Origin: Patescibacteria group bacterium
Lineage (GTDB): Bacteria > Patescibacteriota > Patescibacteriia > UBA9570
Reading direction: 5' to 3'
Length of the DNA stretch: 64,000 nucleotides
Assembly: GCA_024277435.1 (NCBI GenBank)
Contig: JAJRVJ010000005.1
Location: 25,747 to 89,746 of the forward strand
Both the position numbers and the translations under genes were made by a program. This document shows, in pieces, positions 1-10,793 of the stretch. The notes beneath the pieces are model-generated. The model made no database searches. It was given only the letters and a program-made list of their open reading frames with translations, and was not told the origin of the DNA. Position 1 is the first letter of the stretch, and the number at the start of each line of letters is the position of its first letter.

Positions 1-2
1 CT

Positions 3-227
3 CCTGAAACCACCCTTGAAGATGTAAGTATAAATTTTGAGGAAAATACACTCGGGGCTAAAGGTGTCGTGAGTAATAGAGATGCGTTAGCCGAATTACA
101 AGCCGTACTTAATGAATTTACATACCTAGAAGACATAAACATATCAGTTGACGATCTATCAGCTAAAGAAGATATTGAATTTACCCTAAATGGAAATATT
201 ACCTATGAAATTACCGAGACTAAATAA
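3..227 (+). CDS. 3' end of a PilN-like type IV pilus assembly protein (partial, runs off the window)
   Basis: Open frame PETTLEDVSINFEENTLGAKGVVSNRDALAELQAVL...IEFTLNGNITYEITETK* read from nt 3; resembles PilN/GspL-type domains and lies upstream of a PilO-like gene. Confidence 0.5.
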   Translation, partial: PETTLEDVSINFEENTLGAKGVVSNRDALAELQAVLNEFTYLEDINISVDDLSAKEDIEFTLNGNITYEITETK

Positions 228-764
228 TATAGGAATACGCTATCGCATGATACTACTTGGGGGTATTGCAAGCCTCGTTATTATTGTAAGCATTAGTGCA
301 ATAATTATTCCTGGTCAGGCCGCGGTACGGGAAAAGAAAATTTCAATTCAAGAACTACAACAATCACTTGCTCTCGAAGAATCAAGTACAACAAATCTTA
401 TTATCGCAAAACGTCGCCTTGAGAACTAGAAGAAACCGAAGAGCTATTTTTACAGGCTTTTGTACCAATTAATGATCCTTTAGTGCTAGTAACAGCCATT
501 GAAAAAATTGCCGAGGACCAGGGACTAGATGTTGATATTAAAGTATCTGAACCGAGCGCAACTGATAAAAATGATGAGATACAAAAAGCTCCGATTACGC
601 TACGCTACCAAAGTGATCTTGAAAATAGTTTAGAGTTTATTAATGACCTACAACAACTACCTATGCATTTTGAAATTCACAACTTACATCTCAATGTTGG
701 CCTACCTAGCGGAGATGATATTCTGATTGTAACATCTATTGAAGCAGTAACGTATTGGAAATAA
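205..764 (+). pseudogene. PilO-like bitopic protein interrupted by a 1-nt frameshift near 420-424 (pseudogene or sequence error)
   Basis: N-terminal TM and coiled coil (ATG at 205) stop at TAG 427-429; a shifted frame continues ELEETEELFLQAFVPINDPLVLVTAIEKIA... into ORF 483..764 with a PilO-like C-terminal domain. Confidence 0.55.
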
Positions 765-766
765 TT

Positions 767-1033
767 ATGCCACTACAACTATTAAAAAAATATTCCGCGC
801 CCGTTATTACACTCTGTATTGTTGTATACGGTGCATATATCGGCCTTACTTTATACAATGATGTATACGGCCCATTATTTATAGAAGATTCAACACAATC
901 TACTTCAACTAAATTTAAGATTCCTGAAAAACAAATTACAGAAATATCTGATCAAATTATTGAACGCAAAGAAAACAATCTTGATACAAATGTAAAGACG
1001 AATCCCTTTAATACTCAACACTCGCTACCATAA
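767..1033 (+). CDS. small bitopic pilus-cluster protein (PilP-like position)
   Basis: One N-terminal TM, C-terminal 'TNPF' motif, follows pilN/O-like genes. Confidence 0.45.
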   Translation: MPLQLLKKYSAPVITLCIVVYGAYIGLTLYNDVYGPLFIEDSTQSTSTKFKIPEKQITEISDQIIERKENNLDTNVKTNPFNTQHSLP

Positions 1034-1036
1034 GAT

Positions 1037-3598
1037 TTATTTAGAAAACACAACTTGATCATTGACAAAATCAACTTTCATAGTATCTCCATCATGAATA
1101 CTACCTTCAATAATTTCTAACGATAATTTATCGAGAATAACTTTTTGAATAACTCTCTGCAATGGTCGTGCTCCAAATTGCTGATCAAACCCAATTGTTG
1201 CCAAATGGCGCTTAACAGCATCAGTTAGCGTAAGGTGTATGTCTCTTTTAGCTAATCGTTTTTGCACGCGAGCAACTTGTAAATCAATAATACTCTCAAT
1301 ATGTTCTGGTTCAAGATGATGAAAAATAATAGAATCATCAATACGATTTAAAAACTCAGGCGGAAACGTTTCTTGCAATACAGTATTCACCGCATCACGC
1401 TGAGCAACAGTATCACCAATATGCTGAGCAATTTGTGTACTACCAAGATTTGATGTCATAATAATTACTGTATTTGTAAAATCAACCGTACGACCCTTAG
1501 AATCAGTTAATCTTCCATCATCTAATACTTGCAATAATATATTCAACACTTCTGGATGTGCTTTTTCAATTTCATCTAATAAAATTACTGTATATGGATA
1601 ACGCCGCACAGCCTCGGTAAGCTGTCCACCTTCTTCATGCCCTACATATCCTGGAGGTGAGCCGATGAGTCGAGCAACAGCGTGCCTCTCCATGTACTCA
1701 CTCATATCGATACGAACCAAGCGTTGTTCATCATCAAATAAAAATTCTGCCAAGGCCTTTGCTAATTCGGTTTTTCCAACTCCGGTGGGGCCTAGAAACA
1801 TAAATGATCCAATTGGGCGTGATTCTTCTTGGATTCCAGCTTTACTACGCCGTATAGCATTCGCCACAGCATGCAATGCTGGCTCCTGACCAATTACTCG
1901 CTCACCTAATAGTTGTTCTAATAGCGCCAACTTCTCTAACTCCTGTACTAACATCTTTGCTACTGGGATATGTGTCCAACGTGATACAATTTGCGCAATA
2001 TCAGTTTCAGTCACTTCCTCCTTTAGGAGGGTCTCATCCTGCTGAATGCTTGCCAAATCCTGCTGAGCCTTGATAATTGTTTTCTCCAATTCAGGTATTT
2101 GACCATACGTAATTTCAGCCACGCGCTCTAAATGACCATCGCGCTCAGCCTGTATTGCCTCTTCTTTGAGTAAATCAATCTCTTTACTCGATTCATTAAT
2201 TTTATCAATATACTTCTTTTCATTCTGCCATTGCAACTCAATATGTGTATATTCCTCACGTAATTCTGCTAACTCTTTTTCAAGATCACGTAATCGCTGT
2301 TTCGATGTTTTGTCTTTTTCTTTACGTAACGCTTCGCGCTCAATTTCTAATTGCCGAATACGACGATCAAATTGATCAATCACTGTAGGCTTACTATCAC
2401 GTTCAATGCGCAATACCGAACATGCCTCATCCATTAAATCAATTGCCTTATCTGGTAAAAAACGATCGGCAATATAACGATCAGATAACGTTACAGCAGC
2501 CACTAAAGCATTATCACGTATCTTCACGCCATGATGCACTTCATACTTCTCCTTAATGCCGCGCAAAATTGAAATAGCATCTTCAACCGACGGCTCCTCA
2601 ATAACGATTGGCTGAAAACGACGCTCCAGCGCAGCATCCTTTTCAATATACGTTCGATACTCACGTATTGTTGTTGCCCCAATGGCTCGTAACGTACCAC
2701 GCGCCAAAGCTGGTTTCAATAAATTACCAGCATCCACTGCACCATCAACTCCACCAGCCCCAACAATAGTATGGAGCTCATCAATAAATAAAATAACCCT
2801 ACCATCAGATGTTTCAATTTCTTGCAATACCGCTTTCAAGCGATCCTCAAATTCACCACGATACTTGCTGCCAGCCAATAGAGCTCCTAAATCGAGTGCT
2901 AACACCAACTTATCACGTAAACTATCCGGAACATCCCCATCAACTATTTTCTTGGCTAAGCCCTCCACAATAGCAGTTTTACCAACTCCTGGCTCTCCAA
3001 CTAATACTGGATTATTTTTCGTGCGGCGCGATACAATTTGCATCACACGACGAATTTCATCATCACGCCCAATGACTGGATCAATCTTTCCAGCTTTTGC
3101 CAGCTCAGTAAAATCAGTTGTATATTTATCAAGTGCCTCATATTTTCCTTCGGGATCTAGATCAGTTACGCGTTGACTACCTCGTACCGCTTGCAATGCC
3201 TGTATAACATCTTCACGTTGTACATTTAAGAGCTTAGCAATAGACTCCTGCTTGAGTAATGCTAATAACAAATGTTCTGTACTAATGTATTCATCACCTA
3301 ATTTACCTGCTTCGGATTCTGCATCTGTAAATACATTCTTTAATTCATTAGTAGCATACGGAGAATCACTAGTGCTGACCTGATGTTGTTTTTGTAATTC
3401 ATCCTGCAATTGTTGCTGAATATCTTCCGTAATAATTTCAAGCCGTTCGAACAACCGCGGCACAATTCCATCCTTCTGCTGAATCAATGAAAATAGCAAG
3501 TGCTGAGGCTGCACCGCTTGATGTTCTAAGGTTCCGGCTAATTGCATAGTAGCTTGGATAGCCTCAGCAGATTTAGTAGTATACTTTGAAAAATTCAT
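1037..3598 (-). CDS. clpB: ATP-dependent chaperone ClpB
   Basis: Clp N repeats, NBD1 [19 protein letters not shown] pore loop, coiled-coil M domain, NBD2 [14 protein letters not shown] loop; ATG at 3598 preferred. Confidence 0.97.
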   Translation of the reverse strand: MNFSKYTTKSAEAIQATMQLAGTLEHQAVQPQHLLFSLIQQKDGIVPRLFERLEIITEDIQQQLQDELQKQHQVSTSDSPYATNELKNVFTDAESEAGKLGDEYISTEHLLLALLKQESIAKLLNVQREDVIQALQAVRGSQRVTDLDPEGKYEALDKYTTDFTELAKAGKIDPVIGRDDEIRRVMQIVSRRTKNNPVLVGEPGVGKTAIVEGLAKKIVDGDVPDSLRDKLVLALDLGALLAGSKYRGEFEDRLKAVLQEIETSDGRVILFIDELHTIVGAGGVDGAVDAGNLLKPALARGTLRAIGATTIREYRTYIEKDAALERRFQPIVIEEPSVEDAISILRGIKEKYEVHHGVKIRDNALVAAVTLSDRYIADRFLPDKAIDLMDEACSVLRIERDSKPTVIDQFDRRIRQLEIEREALRKEKDKTSKQRLRDLEKELAELREEYTHIELQWQNEKKYIDKINESSKEIDLLKEEAIQAERDGHLERVAEITYGQIPELEKTIIKAQQDLASIQQDETLLKEEVTETDIAQIVSRWTHIPVAKMLVQELEKLALLEQLLGERVIGQEPALHAVANAIRRSKAGIQEESRPIGSFMFLGPTGVGKTELAKALAEFLFDDEQRLVRIDMSEYMERHAVARLIGSPPGYVGHEEGGQLTEAVRRYPYTVILLDEIEKAHPEVLNILLQVLDDGRLTDSKGRTVDFTNTVIIMTSNLGSTQIAQHIGDTVAQRDAVNTVLQETFPPEFLNRIDDSIIFHHLEPEHIESIIDLQVARVQKRLAKRDIHLTLTDAVKRHLATIGFDQQFGARPLQRVIQKVILDKLSLEIIEGSIHDGDTMKVDFVNDQVVFSK

Positions 3599-3620
3599 AA
3601 TATTCAATGCTAAATATCTA

Positions 3621-3661
3621 TTAGCCCTCTACAGTATAGAGTGCTAATTTAATTTCGTCAA
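3621..3661 (-). promoter_or_regulatory. sigma70 promoter of clpB overlapped by a CIRCE (HrcA operator)
   Basis: Minus strand TTGACG-N17-TATACT; TTAGCACTC-N9-GAGGGCTAA at 3621-3647 (one mismatch to the CIRCE consensus) spans the -10. Confidence 0.9.
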
Positions 3662-3685
3662 CCCTTATTATTAAGAGATAATACA

Positions 3686-4678
3686 TCACTTGTAGAGTTC
3701 AGTTTCCGGATGAAACGATGCCCATGCGAACCAAAATAATCGTAAAGTAACAATTTCTTCACCCGTATCAATATTTTGAGCTATTACCTCTCCTGAATCT
3801 AAGCGCTGTATAATAATAGCAACACCATTAATATCATCAGTAATACTATCGTGTTCTAGTAATGAATCCTCGGTATAAGCTTTAGCTACACCTCCGACCT
3901 CGATACCATATACTACGGTTTTGATTTGAAGCGATGTGTCTAAATTTTCTACTCCAAAATATATCTCATCATCCTGCTCATATGTACCGTATGGATATAA
4001 ATCATAATCTATCAACGCACCATTATCACGTGATAATACCTCGGTATTTGGATGCTCTGTAAACCACTCCATCCAAGTTGTAGTAGTGATAGCAAATGGC
4101 TCCAGTACCTCATCACGACGCGCTGCAGGCCCCACAATAGCCTCTCCTGTAATCTGCTGCCATAAATTACCCTCAAAACGATCGTACATCACTAAATCAC
4201 TATTATGTAGTTTTCCAGATACACCAAATTCAGTAATAACCCCATTTACTTCACGTGTAAACGCCACAGCCGATCCACATAACGGGCAGAACGTCATTGC
4301 AAAATACTCATCCCCTACTTGATCGTTAACAATCTCGTGACGATTAAGAATTTTTTGTGGGTACGCTCTCTTTACACCAAGTAAATCAATCGCGAATACC
4401 ATATCATCATCAGCCAACCAATCAACGGTAGCTCCCTCCTCAAATGAGGGGTGATCAATAGATTGAATGCAATCCTGACCCGTAAAACAGCCTTGTTCTA
4501 AATCGGATGCTGCAACTTTGGCGCCATCAAAATCTGTCTGCAAACTCACATCCTGCACAATCACCTGCCCAGCCAGGTCGTTAATATCTCCATCATTAGA
4601 ATTAGTAAGACTATCCGATTGCGTTATGCAGCCAGATAAAGCCAGTGCGGCTATTGTTGTTAATAGTAGTATACGCAT
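3686..4678 (-). CDS. DUF3179 family lipoprotein
   Basis: Lipobox LSGC; motifs RAYP..IL.RHEIVND, TFCPLCGS, FGVSGKL.NSDLVMYD, FWFAW..FHP. Confidence 0.85.
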   Translation of the reverse strand: MRILLLTTIAALALSGCITQSDSLTNSNDGDINDLAGQVIVQDVSLQTDFDGAKVAASDLEQGCFTGQDCIQSIDHPSFEEGATVDWLADDDMVFAIDLLGVKRAYPQKILNRHEIVNDQVGDEYFAMTFCPLCGSAVAFTREVNGVITEFGVSGKLHNSDLVMYDRFEGNLWQQITGEAIVGPAARRDEVLEPFAITTTTWMEWFTEHPNTEVLSRDNGALIDYDLYPYGTYEQDDEIYFGVENLDTSLQIKTVVYGIEVGGVAKAYTEDSLLEHDSITDDINGVAIIIQRLDSGEVIAQNIDTGEEIVTLRLFWFAWASFHPETELYK

Positions 4679-4691
4679 AATAATTCATACG

Positions 4692-5909
4692 TTAGTTATT
4701 AGCAGTTTGACGCTTTGCAAAACTCGCAGCCTTAGCATCCTCTACCTCTGGTTGATCAAAAGGATCCTGGTCACGCAACAGTGCTGAATATACCGTATAG
4801 TAATGCCAAAATGAGATTAGTTCACCAATACTCGTTTCTGATACTTCATTCACTTCTAATGTAAGATGAGGAATCTCTAATGCCGTTGCATTTTCTGCTA
4901 CACCTTCATAATCGTATCGTAAACCATCCTGCAAAGGAATGCCGTGAATATCCGCCAGCGTACCATCACGCAATGCAAGTGATTGTACTTCGTCTGGTAT
5001 TACTGTAGATAAATTCTTCGTGCGTTGATTACGCAATGTCATAAAAAATCCAATGGCATTCTTGCGTCCACCAAAGAACCGCTGATTCGTATGATGTTGC
5101 GATTCCGGAGCTTGGTCACCAAAAATAGTCTGTCCCTTACCATCCTTACCAGTACTCTCATGAATCAATTGCACAATAAGCGGTAAAAATCCTGCTAGCG
5201 CTTGTGAATAGATTGGCATAAATATCTCTGTATAGCCTGCCTGATCATTTTTCCAGCAACTATAGGCTGCCTGCAGTGCGATATTATCTTCAACTGGCGC
5301 CGCATATCCAAAAGTGTCGTACGCCTGAACAGCTGCTGTATTAATAGCAGCAACATCTAAGCCCATTAGTTCAGCTGGCGCAAAAGCACATTCCGTGCGC
5401 CCAGAATAACGCCCACCCACTTCAGGATGCGGCACAATTGGCCAGTTATACTGTTTTGCTAATTCATATAACACACCTTTTTCTAGTGATGTTACAGCCA
5501 CAATCGGATAATCAAGAAATTGAAATAATGGCTCTAATACATCAATGTTCGTTCCTGATTTTGAAATCGGTAGCACCAACGTAGTGTCAGGTGAATATTT
5601 TTTATGTAACGCCTGAATCACATCTGGCTCCATCGTGCTAAGAAATTCAATGGTTGTATCATTCCGTAAATGTGCCAACGACTGCCAGTACGCCAATGCA
5701 CTTGTGCGTGACCCCCCATTAGCAATAATAATAACGTTCGTGTATTTCTGATAATCAACTACTACTGAATGGACATACTCTAAATCTACAGCATACCCCT
5801 GAAATGCAGGTAGTGGTAGTTTTTTCCACTCAGTTTGTAATTGAACCAGATCATCAATAGTAATTGATTGTTGATCGTGATCTGTGATTAAACGTAAATG
5901 TGAAGTCAT
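4692..5909 (-). CDS. pgi: glucose-6-phosphate isomerase (SIS-domain, short type)
   Basis: ISKSGT, VGGRYS, QLIHESTGK, DPFDQPEVE motifs. Confidence 0.85.
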   Translation of the reverse strand: MTSHLRLITDHDQQSITIDDLVQLQTEWKKLPLPAFQGYAVDLEYVHSVVVDYQKYTNVIIIANGGSRTSALAYWQSLAHLRNDTTIEFLSTMEPDVIQALHKKYSPDTTLVLPISKSGTNIDVLEPLFQFLDYPIVAVTSLEKGVLYELAKQYNWPIVPHPEVGGRYSGRTECAFAPAELMGLDVAAINTAAVQAYDTFGYAAPVEDNIALQAAYSCWKNDQAGYTEIFMPIYSQALAGFLPLIVQLIHESTGKDGKGQTIFGDQAPESQHHTNQRFFGGRKNAIGFFMTLRNQRTKNLSTVIPDEVQSLALRDGTLADIHGIPLQDGLRYDYEGVAENATALEIPHLTLEVNEVSETSIGELISFWHYYTVYSALLRDQDPFDQPEVEDAKAASFAKRQTANN

Positions 5910-5913
5910 AATA

Positions 5914-6432
5914 TTATAATTGATAAAGATAAATAGATATACGATCCTCACTGGGTTTATCAACAGTAAGGGGCTCTAGTCCTCGTATAGGAAATGTATA
6001 GGAAATCACCCTTGTACCAGGCGTTGCTTCAGTATACAACTTTTTTACTAATCTGCCTTCAAGCTTTTTTGGCATACCAAATACATAAATAACATCAGCA
6101 CTAGATAAATCTTGTGAAAATAGATTACCAAATACAAATGTAGCATTCTTGGTCCTAGTGAATAATTTACGAGCCACACATACTATGTATAGTGGAAACG
6201 CTAATTCCACACCAACAGCGGTAATATCATACCGTTGAGCAGCAGCTAACACTACCTTTCCATTACCACAACCAAGATCATAAAAACGCTCACCTGACTG
6301 TATATTAGCCAGCGCAAACACTCTATCTAAATCTTTTTTCCACATTGGCACCCATGGAGCCATTGATAATGCAGCAATCGTAAAGCTCAATATGAATAAA
6401 AAAACAATTAAAACAACAACTTGGAGAACCAT
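5914..6432 (-). CDS. membrane-anchored class I SAM methyltransferase (FAM173-like protein-lysine MTase)
   Basis: N-terminal TM, APWVP, YDLGCGNG, GVEL, RVISYTF. Confidence 0.75.
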   Translation of the reverse strand: MVLQVVVLIVFLFILSFTIAALSMAPWVPMWKKDLDRVFALANIQSGERFYDLGCGNGKVVLAAAQRYDITAVGVELAFPLYIVCVARKLFTRTKNATFVFGNLFSQDLSSADVIYVFGMPKKLEGRLVKKLYTEATPGTRVISYTFPIRGLEPLTVDKPSEDRISIYLYQL

Positions 6433-9209
6433 TAAATTCTTTCGGCCTTAATAACTTCCACCTGGCCACCAGCTTGCAATTCAACAACATCTCTGCGCGA
6501 TAAACGACTCTGTAATAATAATTTTGCAATCGCATCTTGTGCGGTATCTTGTATCAAGCGCCGTAATGGTCGAGCCCCATATATTGGATCATATCCTCGC
6601 TCAGCAAAATCTACCACAGCCTCATCTGTCCAACGTAAGGTAATACCCTTTACTTCCATTTGCTTAGCTAAGCCAGCTAATAATAATTCACACACCTGTT
6701 GCAATTCTTCTTTTGTTAACGGCGTGAATACCACCACATGATCAAACCGATTTAATAACTCAGGACGAAAACTCTGATTGAGTAACCCCTCATTCAATAA
6801 TTGATCTTTAATGCCACCGCTAGTAGCGCCCTTCGCATACAGTTGCTGAATCACATCAGTACCTGCATTAGATGTTGCTACAATCATTGCGTTAGTAAAA
6901 TCTACCGTTCTACCAGTACCATCCGTTAAACGACCATCCTCCATTACCTGTAAAAAGATATTAATAACATCACTATGGGCCTTTTCGATTTCATCTAGTA
7001 ATACAATTCCAAAAGGAGTTTTACGAATAGCTTCAGTTAAATTTCCTTGCTGACCAGGTGCTCCAATTAGTTTCGATAATGAAGCCGGTGTTTGATACTC
7101 ACTCATATCAAAGCGCATCATGTTTGACTCATTACCAAAATACGCTTCCGCGATAGCTTTAGCAGTTTCTGTTTTACCTACACCAGTAGGCCCCAGAAAT
7201 AATAACGAAGCAATTGGACGAGTTGCATCGCGTAAATCTTCACGCGCCCTACGCAACGCCTTACCAATTGCATTAATAGCCTCATGTTGACCAATCACTC
7301 TACGATGCAATAAATCCTCCATGTTCAACAACTTATCAGCCTCATTTTGAGAAATTGCCGCTACTGCCACATTGGTTTTTTCGGACATAATCTGCTCAAC
7401 CGCCGATTTACGTACTAATTGCTTCACACCATAATGCTCACGCGTATAAATAGCAGCTTCCTCAATAATATCCACCGCCTTAGCTGGAAGATGACGATCT
7501 TGTATATAGCGATCACTCAATACCACAGCTGATTCAAGTGCATCATATGTAAAAAATACTTGGTTCTTTGCCTCAATATAAGGAGCGCGACCCTCAAGCA
7601 CTTTGATAGAATCCTGATGATTGAGTTCTGGAACTTGCACAACTTGAAAACGACGCAAAAATGTTTCTTGATTTTCGATGTGCTTCTGAAATTCAGGTGT
7701 AGTAGTAGTACCTAATACTTTTATGTATCCCTGAGAAATATAGTTCATCAAAATTTTACCAATATCAATACTAGACTGTGTTGATCCAGCCCCTAATAAG
7801 GTATGAATATCTTCAATAGCCCAAATAACATTTCCGGCTAAAATAATATCTTGAATAATCAATTGCATGCGTTGCTCTAAACCTCCAATACCTGATGCTC
7901 CAGCAATAATAGCACCCGGATCGGTAACTACTAAGCGCTTATCCTGTAACTGCGCCGGCACATCCTCGGAGGTCATTAAATTCGCAATGCCTTGCAAAAT
8001 TGTAGTTTTACCAACGCCTGAAGGGCCAACTAACATAACGCTACTATGACCCTCTTGCAACACACGAAATGCTTCATTAATTTCTTTCTCTCTACCAATT
8101 GGGGCCATAAATGCATTATTTTTTGCCATCAATGTAAGATCTTGCGAAACAGCGTCAAGATTCTTAGTAGGACGAGCTGTCATAGCCCGATTCATTACCG
8201 TTTTTGGCTTACCACGTGATAAGCGCTTACGACGATGCTCTTTATCCATCAAAGCCGTTACCAAATTACTCCAATGTACTAAATTACGAATCTTCTGCAT
8301 ATCCACATCTCTATCAAATAAAGCATCTTGAATATATTGATCTGCTAAAATTGATCCCACCATTACTTCAACCAAATCTACCGCCGGTTGCTCTTGATAA
8401 CGGGCCTCAGCATAGGCATACATAAGGGCCTTGCGCACCTCTGCGCCAAAATCTGGTGAATGTGTAAATTGATCTAGTTGATTTTCACGGTCGGCAATCC
8501 TCTGTATAGCTGCAACGAGATCTTGCGAGTTTATTTCCACACGATAGAACATTGATGCCACAGCTTCCTGTTCCATCAACGCTAAAAACAAATGACTAGC
8601 CCTCACCTCAGCATGCTTCAACTTAATTGCCAATTGATATGCGTCATCCAATACATTAAGCGCTCGGGTTTTAAAATAGTGTGATACATCAATTTTTTTA
8701 TGATTATCATAAGCACTCCAATACTCCCAACTGTTCATTTCATCAGTGAGGATTTCATCTGCAAAATGATTTGGTTCCGTAATCTCTGGTATTTGCTCAA
8801 GTACACGTTCTATCCGATAATACGCAAATAAATCCGCTAATACTGATAGCCAAAATATCAATAATTCACTCGATCGGTGAGTAAAGAAATCAACAAACGA
8901 GGCTCCAGCTTCATTTAATTCAACTACCTGAAGTACCATTGCCACAAAGCCACCGATACCAATAATTAATAATACTGAATTGATAAACCAATTCACTACT
9001 CGCTCCATCTTTTTTTCTAAGAGAGCAGCTGGGCTAATTTCATGACCCCAATACAATACGTCATTTTGAAAAAAACCATACACACTCTGCTTGTTGTGAC
9101 ACATCGAACATGTCACATGCTCACCAGATGCGGTAAGCGCATAGCCAAACCCATGACATTGTGGGCATTCTAAAAACGATGCGTTATATTGATCCTTCCC
9201 TATGTCCAT
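6432..9209 (-). CDS. membrane-anchored Clp/Hsp100 family double AAA+ ATPase with N-terminal Zn finger
   Basis: CPQCHGFG...CSMC, two TMs, Clp N repeats, GPSGVGKT and GPTGVGKT Walker A motifs, GARPLRR; no M domain. Confidence 0.9.
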   Translation of the reverse strand: MDIGKDQYNASFLECPQCHGFGYALTASGEHVTCSMCHNKQSVYGFFQNDVLYWGHEISPAALLEKKMERVVNWFINSVLLIIGIGGFVAMVLQVVELNEAGASFVDFFTHRSSELLIFWLSVLADLFAYYRIERVLEQIPEITEPNHFADEILTDEMNSWEYWSAYDNHKKIDVSHYFKTRALNVLDDAYQLAIKLKHAEVRASHLFLALMEQEAVASMFYRVEINSQDLVAAIQRIADRENQLDQFTHSPDFGAEVRKALMYAYAEARYQEQPAVDLVEVMVGSILADQYIQDALFDRDVDMQKIRNLVHWSNLVTALMDKEHRRKRLSRGKPKTVMNRAMTARPTKNLDAVSQDLTLMAKNNAFMAPIGREKEINEAFRVLQEGHSSVMLVGPSGVGKTTILQGIANLMTSEDVPAQLQDKRLVVTDPGAIIAGASGIGGLEQRMQLIIQDIILAGNVIWAIEDIHTLLGAGSTQSSIDIGKILMNYISQGYIKVLGTTTTPEFQKHIENQETFLRRFQVVQVPELNHQDSIKVLEGRAPYIEAKNQVFFTYDALESAVVLSDRYIQDRHLPAKAVDIIEEAAIYTREHYGVKQLVRKSAVEQIMSEKTNVAVAAISQNEADKLLNMEDLLHRRVIGQHEAINAIGKALRRAREDLRDATRPIASLLFLGPTGVGKTETAKAIAEAYFGNESNMMRFDMSEYQTPASLSKLIGAPGQQGNLTEAIRKTPFGIVLLDEIEKAHSDVINIFLQVMEDGRLTDGTGRTVDFTNAMIVATSNAGTDVIQQLYAKGATSGGIKDQLLNEGLLNQSFRPELLNRFDHVVVFTPLTKEELQQVCELLLAGLAKQMEVKGITLRWTDEAVVDFAERGYDPIYGARPLRRLIQDTAQDAIAKLLLQSRLSRRDVVELQAGGQVEVIKAERI

Positions 9210-9592
9210 AATTCAAATATATTCACAGGCATTAAACCAATTTGATAGAGAATATTATATAACACAAATACCGGAACAATCAGCCATAGTAACAATATTA
9301 ATATCAATACGGTCATATACGCGACAGCAATGATCATTAATAGCGAAAAATGCACTACGCGCACTGGAAAACTAATTAATCTACTCACAATATCATTAAG
9401 ACCATACATCGGAGTAAACAAAAACCGCGCAAGAATCTTTAAATTCAGCGTTCGCACTAAATCTTTAGCTTGATAGCGTAAAAGACCAATAATTTTTAGT
9501 GTTCCGCGATAATACCACCACGGAAGAAAATAGACTACGCTCCAAAGAATGTCTATAAACAAAAATTTAAGAGCACTTTTCACAGTCTGCAT
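9200..9592 (-). CDS. small membrane protein overlapping the start of the membrane Clp ATPase gene
   Basis: 10-nt overlap with 6432..9209; hydrophobic, 'FLPWWY' and 'LFTPMYG' motifs. Confidence 0.75.
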   Translation of the reverse strand: MQTVKSALKFLFIDILWSVVYFLPWWYYRGTLKIIGLLRYQAKDLVRTLNLKILARFLFTPMYGLNDIVSRLISFPVRVVHFSLLMIIAVAYMTVLILILLLWLIVPVFVLYNILYQIGLMPVNIFELWT

Positions 9593-9636
9593 TTCAGAAT
9601 TATACCATTTTTATGGCATAAAAACAAATACGATGA

Positions 9637-10011
9637 TTATGTAAAATGCAAATATGGACCCATTGCCATAAGTAACACTAAAGCCCCTATAATAAAAATT
9701 GAAAATAACCAATTCCAACCGAAAAATAAAAGTAGTGCCAATCCAATAGCGGCGATACCTATGCAAAATATCCAGGCAATAATTTCTCGCTTAAAAATAT
9801 ACTTAAACATTAACGCCAATATCATCAGTACAGCTGCTACACCCAATAGAACATATATAGGCATGAATGAACGGTCTCCTGCGAATGGGGTTGTGTATTG
9901 CAAGCCATAGGCTAATGCTCCCATGGAAACTGTAAGCACCAATGAGATTATCCAGCCGGTATAGAGTGTTCCCATATTTCTATGGTCAATCAATGAATCT
10001 TTTTTTGCCAT
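9637..10011 (-). CDS. hypothetical 4-TM membrane protein
   Basis: Four hydrophobic segments; fits tight gene packing. Confidence 0.7.
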   Translation of the reverse strand: MAKKDSLIDHRNMGTLYTGWIISLVLTVSMGALAYGLQYTTPFAGDRSFMPIYVLLGVAAVLMILALMFKYIFKREIIAWIFCIGIAAIGLALLLFFGWNWLFSIFIIGALVLLMAMGPYLHFT

Positions 10012-10019
10012 GTAAAGCG

Positions 10020-10436
10020 TTACTTATGATAAGGATGCCCGCTCCAAATTGTCGTTGCACGATAAATTTGCTCAAGCAACAGTACTCTAGCAAATTCATG
10101 CGGAAATGTCATCTGTGATAGAGCGAGTGTGTTGTGCACATACTGACGAATAGAATCCGAAACACCGTCGCTATCACCTACTATAAATACCATATCTTTA
10201 TCCATGTTCAATTGTAACCAAGATGCAAACTCCAATGAAGTACTCTGCACGCCTCGCTCATCTAGTAATATATAGTGTGCAGATTGAGCCTGTATAGCAG
10301 CAAGTAATTTATCTTCGGTTTTATAGTACTGAAGATCTAATTGTAATTTTCCTTGGATGCGACGCACAAACTCAGCTTCCAATGAAGCTAATTCAACAAC
10401 TTTAGTTTTTCCAATCGAGGCTACCGTTAAACGCAT
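10020..10436 (-). CDS. rlmH: 23S rRNA m3Psi1915 methyltransferase RlmH
   Basis: LDERG..S.EFA, FIVG, LALSQMTFPHEFARVLLLEQIYRA..I..GHPYHK. Confidence 0.95.
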   Translation of the reverse strand: MRLTVASIGKTKVVELASLEAEFVRRIQGKLQLDLQYYKTEDKLLAAIQAQSAHYILLDERGVQSTSLEFASWLQLNMDKDMVFIVGDSDGVSDSIRQYVHNTLALSQMTFPHEFARVLLLEQIYRATTIWSGHPYHK

Positions 10437-10766
10437 CTAACAACTGTAGACGTTTGAAAGAAAGTAAATCATCCAACTAGTAGCTATTGCCACAGCAATA
10501 CTTACAATAACCAACACAGAAATATGCTTCCTATGCATTTCATATAAATGATACGCCTCTAACACTAGGCCAACAAAAATTAAACCCACTCCCAAATACC
10601 CCATCCGAGCCGCACTATACAATATCTCTGTAGCACACACTTGTGTAAGTACTGGAAACAATAACATGCCAAATATAACGCTTACTAAGGCAATGCCTAA
10701 TACTACAACCGTTACTGGTAATACTGGATCTAATTTATACTTACTTTTGTGAGCTGATGTTTTCAT
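10437..10766 (-). CDS. hypothetical 3-TM membrane protein
   Basis: Three hydrophobic segments; TATACT 6 nt before the ATG. Confidence 0.65.
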   Translation of the reverse strand: MKTSAHKSKYKLDPVLPVTVVVLGIALVSVIFGMLLFPVLTQVCATEILYSAARMGYLGVGLIFVGLVLEAYHLYEMHRKHISVLVIVSIAVAIATSWMIYFLSNVYSC

Positions 10767-10793
10767 ATATATAGTATATCTTTTTGAACAGCA

